In this document: positions 31,002-44,127 of the stretch, in pieces
Position numbering within the stretch: position 1 is the stretch's first letter
Layout: the number at the start of each line of letters is the position of its first letter
Assembly (NCBI GenBank): GCA_963704885.1
Contig: CAVPIB010000004.1
Coordinates: forward strand, 416,001 to 480,000
DNA length: 64,000 nucleotides
Source: an uncultured Actinomycetes bacterium
Lineage (GTDB): Bacteria > Actinomycetota > UBA4738 > HRBIN12
Direction of reading: 5' to 3'
Notes under the pieces: model-generated
What the model saw: only the letters and a program-made list of their open reading frames with translations
Databases searched by the model: none
Told to the model about the DNA's origin: nothing
Program-made: the position numbers and the translations under genes

Positions 31002-32519
31002 GTGGAGCCATCGCTGCAGATCCGTCCAGACCCTGAGACCTTCGACTCACTCGGAGACGAGTGGCCCATGGTGCCGGTCTGGACCGAACTGCTGGCCGAC
31101 GTCTCGACGCCGGTGGGACTGTTCAAGGCGCTCGCGGGTGACGGTCCGGGCCTGGTGCTCGAGTCGGTCGAACGCTCCGAGCGGTGGGGGCGGTACTCGT
31201 TCGTGGCCGGCGACCCCGCCGCCACGATCCTCGTGGATGAGGGCGGCGTTCGGATCGAGGACGTGGTCCGCGAGCTCCCGATCGCCTCTCGCCTGGAAGG
31301 GATGGATACCCGATCCGCGCTGATCGCGATCGCACGCTCGCTGGGCGGACCGCGACCAACCGACCTCCCGCCGCTCACCGGCGGGCTGATGGGCTACTTA
31401 GCGTATGAGGCGGCCGCGTTGCTCGATGGCCACCCCGCCCCCGAGCCTGCCTCCGCGCCCTGTCCCCCGATCGGATTGCTGGTGATCGATCGAGCGGTGG
31501 TGTTCGACCACTGGCGGCAACGGCTCCTCCTGGTGGCGCACGTTCCAGCGGGCCACTACGAGGAGGGTGTGGCGGCCGTCGAGGATCTGGTCGCGCGCGT
31601 GTCGAGCGCCGAGCTCCCCTCGCTCGCTCCGGTCGTCGAGCACTACACGTCGGTCGACGGCCGGGCCAACATGGAGGACGAGGCATACCGATGGACCGTC
31701 TCGGCCTTCAGGGAGCACATCCTGGCCGGAGATATCTTCCAAGGTGTTCCCTCGCGCCAGGTCTCGTTCCCGGCTCCCGAAGGCGGCTTCCCGATCTACC
31801 GGCGACTACGGGTGACGAACCCCGCGCCATACATGTTCTTCGTCCGGACACGAGGCATGGAACTGGCTGGCTCGTCCCCAGAACCGCTGGTGCGAGTGGA
31901 AGGGCGGCGGGTCTTCAGCCGGCCGATCGCCGGCACCCGTCCCCGCGGACGAACCGAGATGCGTGACCGATTGCTGGAGCACGAGTTGCTCGCCGACCCG
32001 AAGGAGCAGGCCGAGCACGCGATGCTGGTCGACCTGGCCCGCAACGACATCGGACGCGTGTGTGTGGCCGGATCGGTTCGCCCTACAGAGTTGATGGAGG
32101 TCGAACGCTTCACGAAGGTGATGCACATCGTGTCGACGGTGGAGGGCGAGCTTCGGGAGGATCTCCACCCGCTGGACGCGCTCGCGGTCACGTTCCCCGC
32201 GGGCACCGTGACGGGCGCGCCGAAGCGTCGCGCCATGGAGCTGATCGCCGAGCACGAACCGACGGCCCGCGGGCCATACGCGGGCGCGGTGGGCTATCTC
32301 ACGTTCGCGGGCGACCTGGACTTCTGCATCACCATCCGGACCGCGGTGGTCGTCGATGGCCGCGTGTCCGTGCAGACCGGTGCGGGCGTGGTGGCCGACT
32401 CCGACCCCCAGCGTGAGTTGGACGAGACGAAGGCCAAGGCGGCGGCGCTCTTGCCGGCGGTCGCGCCGGGCGAGGGTACGCTCGTCGTCGGACCAAAGGA
32501 TGCGAAGGAGCCCCGATGA
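31002..32519 (+). CDS. trpE: Anthranilate synthase component I
   Basis: LES, NPAPYM, GSSPE, PIAGTRPRG, EHAMLVDLARND, PAGTVTGAPK; Trp leader upstream. Confidence 0.93.
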   Translation: MEPSLQIRPDPETFDSLGDEWPMVPVWTELLADVSTPVGLFKALAGDGPGLVLESVERSERWGRYSFVAGDPAATILVDEGGVRIEDVVRELPIASRLEGMDTRSALIAIARSLGGPRPTDLPPLTGGLMGYLAYEAAALLDGHPAPEPASAPCPPIGLLVIDRAVVFDHWRQRLLLVAHVPAGHYEEGVAAVEDLVARVSSAELPSLAPVVEHYTSVDGRANMEDEAYRWTVSAFREHILAGDIFQGVPSRQVSFPAPEGGFPIYRRLRVTNPAPYMFFVRTRGMELAGSSPEPLVRVEGRRVFSRPIAGTRPRGRTEMRDRLLEHELLADPKEQAEHAMLVDLARNDIGRVCVAGSVRPTELMEVERFTKVMHIVSTVEGELREDLHPLDALAVTFPAGTVTGAPKRRAMELIAEHEPTARGPYAGAVGYLTFAGDLDFCITIRTAVVVDGRVSVQTGAGVVADSDPQRELDETKAKAAALLPAVAPGEGTLVVGPKDAKEPR

Positions 32520-33085
32520 TCTTGGTCGTCGACCACTACGACTCGTTCACGTACAACCTGGTCCAGCTGATCGAGAGCCTGGGACGACCCACCGAGGTAG
32601 TGAAGTCCGACGCGGAGCCGGCAGAGGCCCTGGCTGCGCGCGGACCCGACGCCGTCATCCTCTCCCCCGGGCCCGGCCGGCCCGAGGATGCGGGGGTGTT
32701 CACGACCCTGCTCGGAACGCTGCCGCCCGAGACGCCCGTGCTCGGCGTGTGTCTGGGGCATCAGGCGCTGGGTATCTCGTGCGGGGGCGCCGTGGATCGC
32801 GCGACCCCGGTTCACGGGAAGGCGTCGCTCGTCTTCCACGAAGGCAAGGGCATCCTCGAGGGTGTGAGCGACCCGTTCGAGGCCGGCAGGTATCACTCCC
32901 TGGTGGTCCTCCGCGACCAGCTCCCCGAAGAACTCGAGCTCACGGCCTGGACCGAGGACGGACTCGTGATGGCCGCGCAGCACCGGACGCTCCCACGGTT
33001 CGGGGTGCAGTTCCACCCGGAATCGATCCTCACCCCCGAGGGTCCGCGGATCGTGGAGAACTTCCTGCGCCTGTCCACCCCATGA
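32516..33085 (+). CDS. trpG: Anthranilate synthase component II (glutamine amidotransferase)
   Basis: DSFTYNL, SPGPG, GVCLGHQ, RYHSL, GVQFHPES. Confidence 0.93.
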   Translation: MILVVDHYDSFTYNLVQLIESLGRPTEVVKSDAEPAEALAARGPDAVILSPGPGRPEDAGVFTTLLGTLPPETPVLGVCLGHQALGISCGGAVDRATPVHGKASLVFHEGKGILEGVSDPFEAGRYHSLVVLRDQLPEELELTAWTEDGLVMAAQHRTLPRFGVQFHPESILTPEGPRIVENFLRLSTP

Positions 33086-33560
33086 GAACCGTCATCCGTC
33101 CCGCGACGGGTGCCGACCACGCGCGTGTGGATGCGGTTCATCGACGAGTGGTGGAGCGGTCGCGCGATGCGCCGGATGCTCCCTCGCCTCTTCTTCGAGC
33201 ACTTCGGGGACTCCAGCCTGATCGTGGACAACGTGGACGCCGAGCTCGTGGGCTTCCTCATCGGATCGTGTCGACGGCGCGTCCTGGCGAGGCGTATGTC
33301 CACTTCGTCGGCGTGCATCCCGCGCATCGTGGCTCCGGGATCGCCCGCGATCTCTACCTTCGCTACTTGGGGCTGGCGGCAACGCGCGGTTGCCGAAGGT
33401 CGGCTGCGTCACAGCACCGGTGAACGCGGGATCGATCGCGTTCCATCGCGCGATGGGCTTCGAGCTGGTGGATGGCGATGTCGTGGTGGATGGCGTACCG
33501 ATCCACGTGGCTTACGACGGCCTTGGCGAGGACCGGGTCGTCTTCCGGCGAGCCATCCCA
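33082..33560 (+). pseudogene. GNAT acetyltransferase with three frameshifts
   Basis: Segments in alternating frames: MRTVIRPA / IDEWWSGRAMRRMLPRLFFEHF / EAYVHFVGVHPAHRGSG / VTAPVNAGSIAFHRAMGF...YDGLGEDRVVF; no stop at the expected end. Confidence 0.75.
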
Positions 33561-33584
33561 ACTTCCTCCGTCGATCAGCGTCGA

Positions 33585-34562
33585 TCAAGGCGCGGGGCAG
33601 CGTGGACCGTAGGCGAACTCCGCCGAGTTGGGCGACACACGGCACCCGGCCTCGTTCACCGCGACGAAAGCTCCTGCGGGGATGGACTTCAACTCGTCCA
33701 TCAGGTCGTTCGTCCAATGGGGGTTGACCTCGCCCTGGAAGTACCAGTCGCTGCCGTTGTCGGCGACGATCATCCCGTAGCGCTTCATGGCTGTGAGGAT
33801 CACCTTGGCATCGCCGCTGAACCCCGACAGCTCGAACCCGGCCTTCAGTCGGAACCGCGCACCCATCGGGGGACACCTATCGTCGTCGCTCCCCGCCTGG
33901 TGCCGTGCCGGCCACAGGTACAGCTGGCTGGTGCAGCCGACCGTGAAACGGATCGCGTGTCTGATGACGCCGATCTCCACCTCGTCCCAGCGCACGAGGC
34001 CCGGGAAGATCGGCAGACCAGCCGCGTCGGCGGAGGTCCACGTGGCCGGTCGAAGGTCGTTGGCCGCAGAACCCTCAAGGCTGAAGATCGCGCCGCTTCC
34101 CGCCGTCGGGTCTCCGCCGTTCCACTCCGCCGCATACAGCTCGTAGAGCGTGCACGTGTCTCCGTCGATGATCAGTGCGTGTCGGTCGGATCCGCTCTCG
34201 ATATGGATGTCGGGTCCGAACGGGTACGGACCGGGATCACTTTCGTCCGCGTACCCGAAGTCGATATGCACCATCTGGTGCGTCCGGTCGACCACGTCGA
34301 ACGGCAGTCCGTACTCGGGGGGTCCGAAGTCCGGATGCAGCAGCGAGGAACCCGCGTGCATCGATCTCTTCCAGACCTTGTTCTTCTTAGCGACGGGCAA
34401 CTTCGAGACGTCCATGTTCCAAACGTTGTTCGCAGGGAAGACGCGACACTGGGTCCCGGGGACCGGAGCGCGGTCCGGGACCTGCGCGGACGCTGGCAGG
34501 ATCAACCCAAGAGCGACCACGAACGCGAGCGCCGGAGCTTTCCCCTTCATGGTCAGCTTCAT
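33585..34562 (-). CDS. Conserved secreted protein of unknown function
   Basis: Signal peptide ending ASA-Q; motifs FPANNVWN, GSDRH, SADAAGLPIFPGL, IRHAIRFT, YGMIVADNG. Exact start uncertain. Confidence 0.75.
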   Translation of the reverse strand: MKLTMKGKAPALAFVVALGLILPASAQVPDRAPVPGTQCRVFPANNVWNMDVSKLPVAKKNKVWKRSMHAGSSLLHPDFGPPEYGLPFDVVDRTHQMVHIDFGYADESDPGPYPFGPDIHIESGSDRHALIIDGDTCTLYELYAAEWNGGDPTAGSGAIFSLEGSAANDLRPATWTSADAAGLPIFPGLVRWDEVEIGVIRHAIRFTVGCTSQLYLWPARHQAGSDDDRCPPMGARFRLKAGFELSGFSGDAKVILTAMKRYGMIVADNGSDWYFQGEVNPHWTNDLMDELKSIPAGAFVAVNEAGCRVSPNSAEFAYGPRCPAP

Positions 34563-34617
34563 CGGCATCTGCCCGGCCGCGGGTTGAGCGACGATCTTGG
34601 CACTAGTCTGAGCGAGA

Positions 34618-35715
34618 CTAGGTATCGGTCGCGGGATGGAGCGCGCGCTCCGCGGCGATCTTCTCCGCTTCTGCGACCAACCGCGCAACGAACTCGCCCT
34701 CGGGGATCTTGTCCTTGACCTCGCCATTCACGATCAAGAAGCCCTGGCCTTTGCCGGCCGCGATCCCCAGATCCGCCTCACGCGCCTCGCCGGGACCGTT
34801 GACGACGCACCCCATCACGGCCACGCGGAGGGGCACTTTGATGCCCTTGCGCTCGAGCTCCTCGTTCACCTGCTTGGTGAGCCCAAGGACGTCCACCTCG
34901 GCGCGACCACACGAGGGACACGCGACCAGATCCAGGCCACGCTTGCGAAGCCCCAGAGACTGCAGGATCCACGTGCCGGCCTTCACCTCCTCGACCGGAT
35001 CGTCGGTAAGCGACACGCGGATGGTGTCCCCGATCCCCTCAGCGAGCAGAGCACCGATCCCGACCGCACTCTTGATCCCGCCCGTCGGCATCGGCCCGGC
35101 CTCGGTCACCCCCAGGTGAAGCGGATAGTCGCACCTTTCTGCCAGTTGCCGGTACGCCTCGATCATCACTCGCGGGTCGGAGTGCTTCACAGAGATCTTG
35201 ATGTCGAAGAAGTCCTCGTCCTCCAGGATGCGCGCCTCGTTCAGAGCGGACTCCACCAGAGCCTCGGGTGTGGGCGCGCCGTACTTCTCGAGCAGGTCCT
35301 TCTCGAGAGAACCGGCGTTCACGCCGATGCGGATGGGCACGTCACGCGCCTTGGCCTCACGGGCGATCAGCCGAACCTTGTCCTGATACTTGATGTTCCC
35401 GGGGTTGATACGCAGTCCCTGGATGCCAGCCTCCAGCGCCACCATGGCGTACTTCCACTGGAAATGGATGTCGGCCACGACGGGCACCGTCGACTTCGCA
35501 GCGATCGCCGTGAGAGCTTCGGCGTCCTCCCGATGAGGGACCGCCACGCGGACGATGTCGACGCCGGTGGCCACGAGCGATGCGATCTGCTGGAGCGTGG
35601 CGTTGACGTCGGCCGTCTTCGTGGTGGTCATGGACTGGACGCTGATCGGTGCGTCGCCCCCGATAAGGACGTCACCGACACGTATCTGTCGGGTCTTGCG
35701 GCGCGGACGGCTCAC
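34618..35715 (-). CDS. ispG: (E)-4-hydroxy-3-methylbut-2-enyl-diphosphate synthase
   Basis: [35 protein letters not shown]. Confidence 0.97.
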   Translation of the reverse strand: MSRPRRKTRQIRVGDVLIGGDAPISVQSMTTTKTADVNATLQQIASLVATGVDIVRVAVPHREDAEALTAIAAKSTVPVVADIHFQWKYAMVALEAGIQGLRINPGNIKYQDKVRLIAREAKARDVPIRIGVNAGSLEKDLLEKYGAPTPEALVESALNEARILEDEDFFDIKISVKHSDPRVMIEAYRQLAERCDYPLHLGVTEAGPMPTGGIKSAVGIGALLAEGIGDTIRVSLTDDPVEEVKAGTWILQSLGLRKRGLDLVACPSCGRAEVDVLGLTKQVNEELERKGIKVPLRVAVMGCVVNGPGEAREADLGIAAGKGQGFLIVNGEVKDKIPEGEFVARLVAEAEKIAAERALHPATDT

Positions 35716-35728
35716 GTCGCCCAGTCTC

Positions 35729-36178
35729 TCAGAGGCCGAACACGTGGAAGGTCACACGCCGTGGCTTCGGCTCGTCGAGCTCCAGGAAGATCAACCGCTG
35801 CCACCGCCCGACGCCGGCTCGCCGGCCACCACCGGGATCGCGTGGGACGTTGAGGACAGCAGCATGGCCTTCACATGCGCATGTCCGTTCTTGCGTTCGT
35901 CCTCGTGCACGTTCTGTGTTCGAACGTCGAAGTCGTCGTGTTCGTAGTAGATGTCGTCTTGCGGAACCGACGCCGTGAGGTGCCGCCGGCAGTCGGCCAG
36001 CGCTCCGGCCTCCCACTCGTTGATCAGCAACGCGACGGTCGTCTGCTCGCAGAACGCGATCGCGGCGCCGTCGGTCACCCCCGCGTCCTTGATCGCACGC
36101 GCCAGATCCTCGGGTCAGGTCCAGGTACGTGTACTGCTCCGAAGTCACCACCTCAACGGTGGTCGTGCTCGACCTCAT
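35729..36178 (-). pseudogene. YjbQ/UPF0047 family protein with two compensating frameshifts
   Basis: Middle segment TTVALLINE...NGHAH is in a different frame from the N-terminus and from the GRWQRLIFLELD C-terminus. Confidence 0.75.
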
Positions 36179-37545
36179 CCATCCCCCTTGCTCTCGGCGG
36201 TACTCGCGACCGGGAGATCGAAAGTGAAGACGCTGCCTTTCCCCAGCTCGCTCTGGGCTCGGATGTGGCCTCCATGGGCCTCGACGACCGAGCGAGCGAT
36301 CGCCAGGCCGATGCCGGTACCGCCGTCCTCGCGTGAACGCGCGGGGTCGGCTCTGTAGAAGCGTTCGAACAGGCGGGGCAGGTGCTCGGCAGGGATACCC
36401 ACGCCCGTGTCGGCCACGTGAACCTCGACCGAACCATTGTGCCTGTGGGCCGAGACCGTGACGGCGCCGCCCGACGGCGTGAATCGCACCGCGTTCTCAA
36501 GCAGATTGAACAGCACTTGGTGTACGCGCTCACGGTCGGCATCGACCGGCGGAAGGTCCTCCGGTAGCTCGCTCTCGACCGCAACCCCGCTGTCTGAGCG
36601 CGCAACGTCTATCTCGGAGAGGACCTGCGCCACGAGCGGACCAAGTGGCAGGTCTTCCCGCTGGAGCGGCAGCTCTCCCGATTCAAGTCTCGACAGCTCC
36701 AGCAACTGCTCGATCAGGCGGCTCAGCCGTTCGGTCTGGGAAAGCATCACCTGCAACGTCTGGGGATCAGGGTGCTCCACGCCGTCCAATAGGTTCTCCA
36801 GGTGCGCCCGGATCGCGGTGATCGGCGTCTTCAGCTCGTGAGACACGTTGGCGACCAGATCACGACGGGATTGCTCGAGGCCCTGCAGTTCCGCGCTCAT
36901 CCGGTTGAACGCCGCGGCGAGCTGCCCCACCTCGTCGCGGGAGCGTGTGTGGACCCGCTTCGTGTAGTCACCGGTCTCCATCCGGCGAGCTGCGGCGGCC
37001 ATGTCGCGCAGTGGCTGGGTCATACCTCGCGCGAGCCATCGCGCCACCACCAGCGAGAGCCCCGCGGCGAGCGCCCCTGCCAACAGGAACTGCCACCAGA
37101 AGTCGGTCAGGAACCTGAACGTCGCGCCGATGCGAGCGAAGATCCCCCTCCCCGCAGCCGGGTGCGTCGCATACACCAGCTCGACGACCTGCCCGGACGC
37201 GACCACCGGCACGACCGCGTACTCGACACCCTGCGCGATACCCACATGAACCATGCCATCGGTGAAACTGGGCAGTCCGGCTGGCGGATCATCCGGGGAG
37301 AGCACCGTCCCGTTCGGATCCGTCCTGACGACGACGATCCCCGCCGGTGCCGTGGCAGTGGCTCCAGCAGCTGTCCGGCGGGCCACCCGCAGGAGCGTCA
37401 GCCGGTCCGTGTCTTGAGACGACTCCCGCAACGCGTAGCCCAGGATCAGGAAGATCAGGAGGACCGTCATGCCAACCGCGAAGATGATCGTGGAGCCCAA
37501 CTTCGCCCGGATGGTAGGGAACCGCTCGAACTGTCGGGAACTCAC
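36175..37545 (-). CDS. HAMP-domain sensor histidine kinase
   Basis: Two TM segments, HAMP, SHELKTP, NLLENA, DTGVGI, GTGIGL. Confidence 0.93.
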   Translation of the reverse strand: MSSRQFERFPTIRAKLGSTIIFAVGMTVLLIFLILGYALRESSQDTDRLTLLRVARRTAAGATATAPAGIVVVRTDPNGTVLSPDDPPAGLPSFTDGMVHVGIAQGVEYAVVPVVASGQVVELVYATHPAAGRGIFARIGATFRFLTDFWWQFLLAGALAAGLSLVVARWLARGMTQPLRDMAAAARRMETGDYTKRVHTRSRDEVGQLAAAFNRMSAELQGLEQSRRDLVANVSHELKTPITAIRAHLENLLDGVEHPDPQTLQVMLSQTERLSRLIEQLLELSRLESGELPLQREDLPLGPLVAQVLSEIDVARSDSGVAVESELPEDLPPVDADRERVHQVLFNLLENAVRFTPSGGAVTVSAHRHNGSVEVHVADTGVGIPAEHLPRLFERFYRADPARSREDGGTGIGLAIARSVVEAHGGHIRAQSELGKGSVFTFDLPVASTAESKGDG

Positions 37546-38237
37546 GACCGATCCTGGAACGCGTAGCCCACGCCGTGGACCGTGCGGACGAACCGTGGCT
37601 CGTTCCCATCCTCGCCCAGCTTCCGGCGGATGCGAGCGACGTGTGAGTCCACCACACGGCCGCCCGCGTAGTCGCGATAACCCCAGACGCGATCCATCAG
37701 TTGCTCACGGGAGAACACGACCCCGGGGTCGCGGGCGAGGGTGGCCAAGATCTCGAACTCGAGAGGCGTGAGCTGGATCTCGGTGCCGTCGACGGTCACC
37801 CGTCTTCGGCTGCCATCCACCTCCAAACCGTCGCGCAGGATCGGCCCCTCGGACTCCATCGCGCGCATCCGCTCTATCCGGCGCAGGATCGCCTTCACCC
37901 TCGATGCCAGCTCACGGAGGCTGAAAGGCTTGGTCAGATAGTCGTCCGCGCCGACGGCGAATCCCGCCACCTTGTCGGCTTCCTCGGTCTTGGCCGTGAG
38001 CATGAGCACCGGTGTCCACGAAGTGCGTTGGATCTCCTTGCATACCTCAAGACCGTCCATGCCGGGGAGCATCAGATCTAGCACGACCAGGTCCGGGTGC
38101 TCCTGGCGGTGCAGCTCGATCGCTTGGGGGCCGTCACCGGCCACGAGGACGCGGAACCCCTCGCTCTCGAGTCGGGCACGGACGGCCTCCGCGATCGCTT
38201 CCTCGTCGTCGACGACGAGCACGGTCTGATCACTCAC
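37542..38237 (-). CDS. OmpR family response regulator
   Basis: [28 protein letters not shown]. Confidence 0.94.
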   Translation of the reverse strand: MSDQTVLVVDDEEAIAEAVRARLESEGFRVLVAGDGPQAIELHRQEHPDLVVLDLMLPGMDGLEVCKEIQRTSWTPVLMLTAKTEEADKVAGFAVGADDYLTKPFSLRELASRVKAILRRIERMRAMESEGPILRDGLEVDGSRRRVTVDGTEIQLTPLEFEILATLARDPGVVFSREQLMDRVWGYRDYAGGRVVDSHVARIRRKLGEDGNEPRFVRTVHGVGYAFQDRS

Positions 38238-38319
38238 CCGTTCATCGTATCCGCAGCGTGTCACTGGCCTTCGAGCGTCGTTGTGGAGAACTTGTGGCAG
38301 GGGCGGTCGGCCGGAGCGG

Positions 38320-39435
38320 CTACGGCGAGAAGCTGAGTGGTTTGGTTATGTCCAAGAGGATCGTAGCCAGAACGAACACCACGAAGAACGCCATCACGGC
38401 CGCCGACACGGGGATCAGCTTGCGCATGTCGATCTGCTTGCCACGGACCTTCTCGACGGCCAGGACGGCTAGGTGTCCACCATCGAACGGCGGCAGCGGC
38501 ACGAGGTTCACCAAACCGATGAATACGGTGATGAAGCCGAGGAAGTACAGGATGGTCCCCCAGTCGCCGGCCGACCCCGTGGCGCCTACGGCCTGGCCGA
38601 TGCCCACCACGCTCGCGGGATCCTGTGCCGATCGTTCGGCATCGGTGAACAGCAACGTGAAGACCCGGCCGACCCCCTGTGGTCCGAAGAGCTGCGTGAT
38701 CTGGTGAAGGGACTCCTTCACCGCCATCCCGACTTCCTTCACACCACCGACGAGCGCCGCGACCGGTCCGGACTTCGCGGGGCCTAGGAGGATGCCTATC
38801 CGACCGATCGTTCGGCCTTGCACCGTGTCCCAACTCGGCGTGATGGTTCGAGTCAGGGTCTCGCCGTCGCGCTCGATCGTGAAGACGATCGGATCGCCGA
38901 CGTGGTCGGTGGTGTAGTCGAGCATCTCGACCGGTGTTGGCTCGGAGAGATCGTCCAGGCCGACGATCCGGTCACCGGGCTGCATCCCAGCGGCGGCGGC
39001 GGGACCCTCGGCCCCGTTCATGGTGGTCTCAACGCTGCTGACGACCGGCGTCGGCGTCCGCGGATCTCCGAAGAACGACAACCAGATCGCGAAGATGACC
39101 GCGGCAACTACGAAATGAGAGCCTGGGCCCGCGAAGATGACCAACGCGCGCTGCCGGATCGGCTTCGAGCCGTAGCTCCGCGGCAGGTCCTCGGTGGCTA
39201 CCGGCTCGTACGGATTCATCCCCGCGATCTTCACGTAGCCTCCGAGTGGCAGCGCCTTCACGCCGTACTCGATGTCGTTCCTCGTGAAGGACCAGATCCT
39301 CGGCCCGAATCCCACGAAGTACTGCTCCACCTTGAACCCGTACGCCCTGGCCACCAGGTAGTGCCCCAGCTCGTGGATCAGGATGATGAAGAGGAGTCCG
39401 GTGAAGAAGACGACGATCGCAAGGGTTCCCGACAT
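38320..39435 (-). CDS. RseP/Rip1-like M50 metalloprotease with PDZ domain
   Basis: HELGH, PLGGYVKI, NLVPLPPFDGG; follows dxr. Confidence 0.92.
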   Translation of the reverse strand: MSGTLAIVVFFTGLLFIILIHELGHYLVARAYGFKVEQYFVGFGPRIWSFTRNDIEYGVKALPLGGYVKIAGMNPYEPVATEDLPRSYGSKPIRQRALVIFAGPGSHFVVAAVIFAIWLSFFGDPRTPTPVVSSVETTMNGAEGPAAAAGMQPGDRIVGLDDLSEPTPVEMLDYTTDHVGDPIVFTIERDGETLTRTITPSWDTVQGRTIGRIGILLGPAKSGPVAALVGGVKEVGMAVKESLHQITQLFGPQGVGRVFTLLFTDAERSAQDPASVVGIGQAVGATGSAGDWGTILYFLGFITVFIGLVNLVPLPPFDGGHLAVLAVEKVRGKQIDMRKLIPVSAAVMAFFVVFVLATILLDITKPLSFSP

Positions 39436-39443
39436 GGTTGGAA

Positions 39444-40601
39444 CTACCGCTCTTCGACGATCTCGGCCGCGCGCTGCCTTCCCCAACGATCAGCGCGCTC
39501 GATGTTCACGATCGAGACGACCGACGCCGGCTCATGCTCGTCGACCACGGTCTGCACGATCTCGACGATCCGGGTGAGCGCGATCTTGCCCTCCAGGAAC
39601 GCCATCACGGCTACCTCGTTGGCTGCGTTCATGACGGCTGGGAACGTGAGGCCCAGGCCGCCCACCCGGTACGCCAGATCGACGGCCGGGAACGCCTCGC
39701 GGTCGACGGGCTCGAACGTGAGTGAACGGTCGGTGAGCGGCACTGGCTCGACACCGGTGGGGAGCCGGTCCGGCCAGGCGAGAGCTTGCTGGATAGGAAG
39801 ACGCATGTCTGCTACTGCCATCTCGGCACGTAGGCTGCCATCCCTGAACTCCGCCATCGCATGAACCACGCCCTCCGGGTGGATCAGCACGTGGATCTGG
39901 GAGTACTCCAACGCGAAGAGGTAGTGAGCCTCGATCACCTCTAGACCCTTGTTCATGAGGGTCGCGGAGTCGATCGTGATCTTCGGACCCATGGTCCAGA
40001 CGGGGTGCTGGAGCGCCTCCTTGACCGAAGCCCTTGACAGCTCGCTCCGGGTCCATCCACGGAACGGCCCGCCCGATCCGGTCAGGACCACGCGCTTCAG
40101 GTCCTCGCGCCGCTCACCGCGGAGCGCCATGGCCAGTGCAGCGTGTTCAGAGTCCACGGGCAGCAGCCGTTCCGGTTCGCCCTTGATCAGGTCCATCACC
40201 AACTCGCCCCCGACGACCAGGCTCTCCTTGTTCGCGAGCGCCAACGTCTTCCCGCTCTGAAGCGCCGCGAGCGTGGGAGCCAAGCCGGCTGATCCGACCA
40301 ATCCGTTCAGCACCACGTCTGCGTCGGTGTCGCGCGCGATGGCCTCGGTCGCGTCGGGGCCGACGATGAGCTCCACCCCCCGGATCCCTCCGAGCTTCTG
40401 CTTGACGTCGGCCGCGGCGTCCGTGTCCGCGATGGCCACGAGCGGCGGCAGGAACTCGCGCACCTGGCCGATCAACAGGTCCTGGTTGGCGCCTCCGGCC
40501 GACAGGCCGACGACCTTGAACCGGTCCGGGTTGCGCCGCACGACGTCGAGGGCCTGCGTGCCGATCGAACCCGTCGATCCCAAGATGGCGAGCGATCTCA
40601 T
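39444..40601 (-). CDS. dxr: 1-deoxy-D-xylulose-5-phosphate reductoisomerase
   Basis: LGSTGSIG, LANKESL, PVDSEH, KITIDSATLMNKGLE. Confidence 0.97.
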   Translation of the reverse strand: MRSLAILGSTGSIGTQALDVVRRNPDRFKVVGLSAGGANQDLLIGQVREFLPPLVAIADTDAAADVKQKLGGIRGVELIVGPDATEAIARDTDADVVLNGLVGSAGLAPTLAALQSGKTLALANKESLVVGGELVMDLIKGEPERLLPVDSEHAALAMALRGERREDLKRVVLTGSGGPFRGWTRSELSRASVKEALQHPVWTMGPKITIDSATLMNKGLEVIEAHYLFALEYSQIHVLIHPEGVVHAMAEFRDGSLRAEMAVADMRLPIQQALAWPDRLPTGVEPVPLTDRSLTFEPVDREAFPAVDLAYRVGGLGLTFPAVMNAANEVAVMAFLEGKIALTRIVEIVQTVVDEHEPASVVSIVNIERADRWGRQRAAEIVEER

Positions 40602-40648
40602 GAGCTCAAGCGTACCCCGAGTCCACGCGGAACCCCGCTAGCGAACGC

Positions 40649-42201
40649 CTAAGCGAAGATGACGCGGAGGAGCAGGAAGGCTGCGGGGGCCACGAACAAC
40701 AGGGAGTCGATGCGATCGAGCACACCACCGTGGCCCGGCAGGATGCTTCCCATGTCCTTGATCCCGAGGTCTCGCTTGATCAGCGACTCCGCCAGGTCTC
40801 CGAGCGTCGCGGCCGCGGCGATCACGATCGCCAGCAGCAACGCCTCGGTTTGCTTGTGCTCGAAGGGGGCGACGAACGACGGCACCAGCGCCATCGCCAC
40901 GATGATCGTGATCAAGGTGGCCCCGATCAACCCCTCCAGCGACTTCTTGGGGCTCACGCTCGGCGCGAGCGGACGCTGGAAGAAGGACCCACCCCAGACG
41001 GAACCGACCAGGAACGCGCACGTGTCGAATATGAACGTCAGCCCTATCACGGCTACCACCAGGGCCTTGCCGTCGCTCCCACCGATCGCCAGCGTGATGA
41101 TCAGATAGCTAGCCAAGAGCGGGATGTAAGCGATGTTCAGGATCGTGGCGCCGATGTGTCCCACGACGCCCTTTCGGTGCGCGGCCGGACCGGCCATGAA
41201 CCACAGGAACGTCGCCATGATCCCCAGCGCGAGCATCGCGAGCACGCCGGGCTCCCCATGGTAGTAGGCCCCCGCCATCATCAGGCCGCCGGTGACCAAC
41301 CCGACGAACGTGGCCGGCTGCTGGTGGTGCTTCACGCTGACCCCGAAGAGCTCGCCCTGCGCGATCAGCACGATGAGCCCGGCGACGATGGCGAATGCGC
41401 CCTTTCCGATCAGCAGGCTCGCCAGCGCGATCCCGGCCAGCACCACGCCAGTCAGCACGGCCGCCGGAACGTCACGCTCCCCCTCGTTGGGGCCTCGGCG
41501 ATCCAGATCTGCCCCCACCTCCACCGAAGTTGGTTCCTGCCAGCTCGGCCCGCCCAAGCCCTCGGCTCCCACCACGACGGTCCGCGGCACGCGGTCTTCC
41601 TCGTCGAGGTCGGACAGGATGTCCTCCTCGACCTGGTCCGCGGGTTCATCGCCGAACAGATCGTCCATGGTCGTCGCCGGTTCAGACGCGATGACCGTAA
41701 CGACCTCGTCGACGGGGTCCTCATCCCGGTCTACGGAGCCGGCGAAGTGCTCCGCCGCGGCCTCTAAGGCGGATTCGGAAGGCTCTTCGTCCGGCATCGA
41801 TCCCTCGTCACCCGCCCCAGGCGCGTCGAAGAGCCCGGTCTGATCGGCGTCGTCACCCGCCTCGGGGATGGCCGCGACGATCTCCTGGTCGATCTCAACC
41901 TCCTCGGCATCGTCCTCGTCGGTCGTCGATCCCAAGAGCTCGTCGATGGGCTCGAGGACGCTGGTGTCGTACCAGGACTCGTCATCGTCATCGTCTTCGA
42001 TGGACGGGGTGGCTGCCGACTCCTCGGCGTGTTCCCCCTGTCCGGACGGCGCGACCGGAGCATGAACGGCCACGTGTTCTTCCTGGGGCGTCTCTGAGGA
42101 CTGGGGCGTCTCTTCTGACTCCCAGTCCACGTCACGGATAGGTGCGAAGAACTTGTCGAGGTCCTCGAACAGATCGTCGCCGCCAGGCTTGTCGTCGGTC
42201 A

Positions 42202-42202
<1 letters not shown>
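40649..42202 (-). CDS. cdsA: Phosphatidate cytidylyltransferase with a long acidic N-terminal extension
   Basis: SPKKSLEG, GDLAESLIKRDLGIKD, PGHGGVLDRIDS. Confidence 0.92.
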
Positions 42203-44123
<1,921 letters not shown>

Positions 44124-44127
<4 letters not shown>

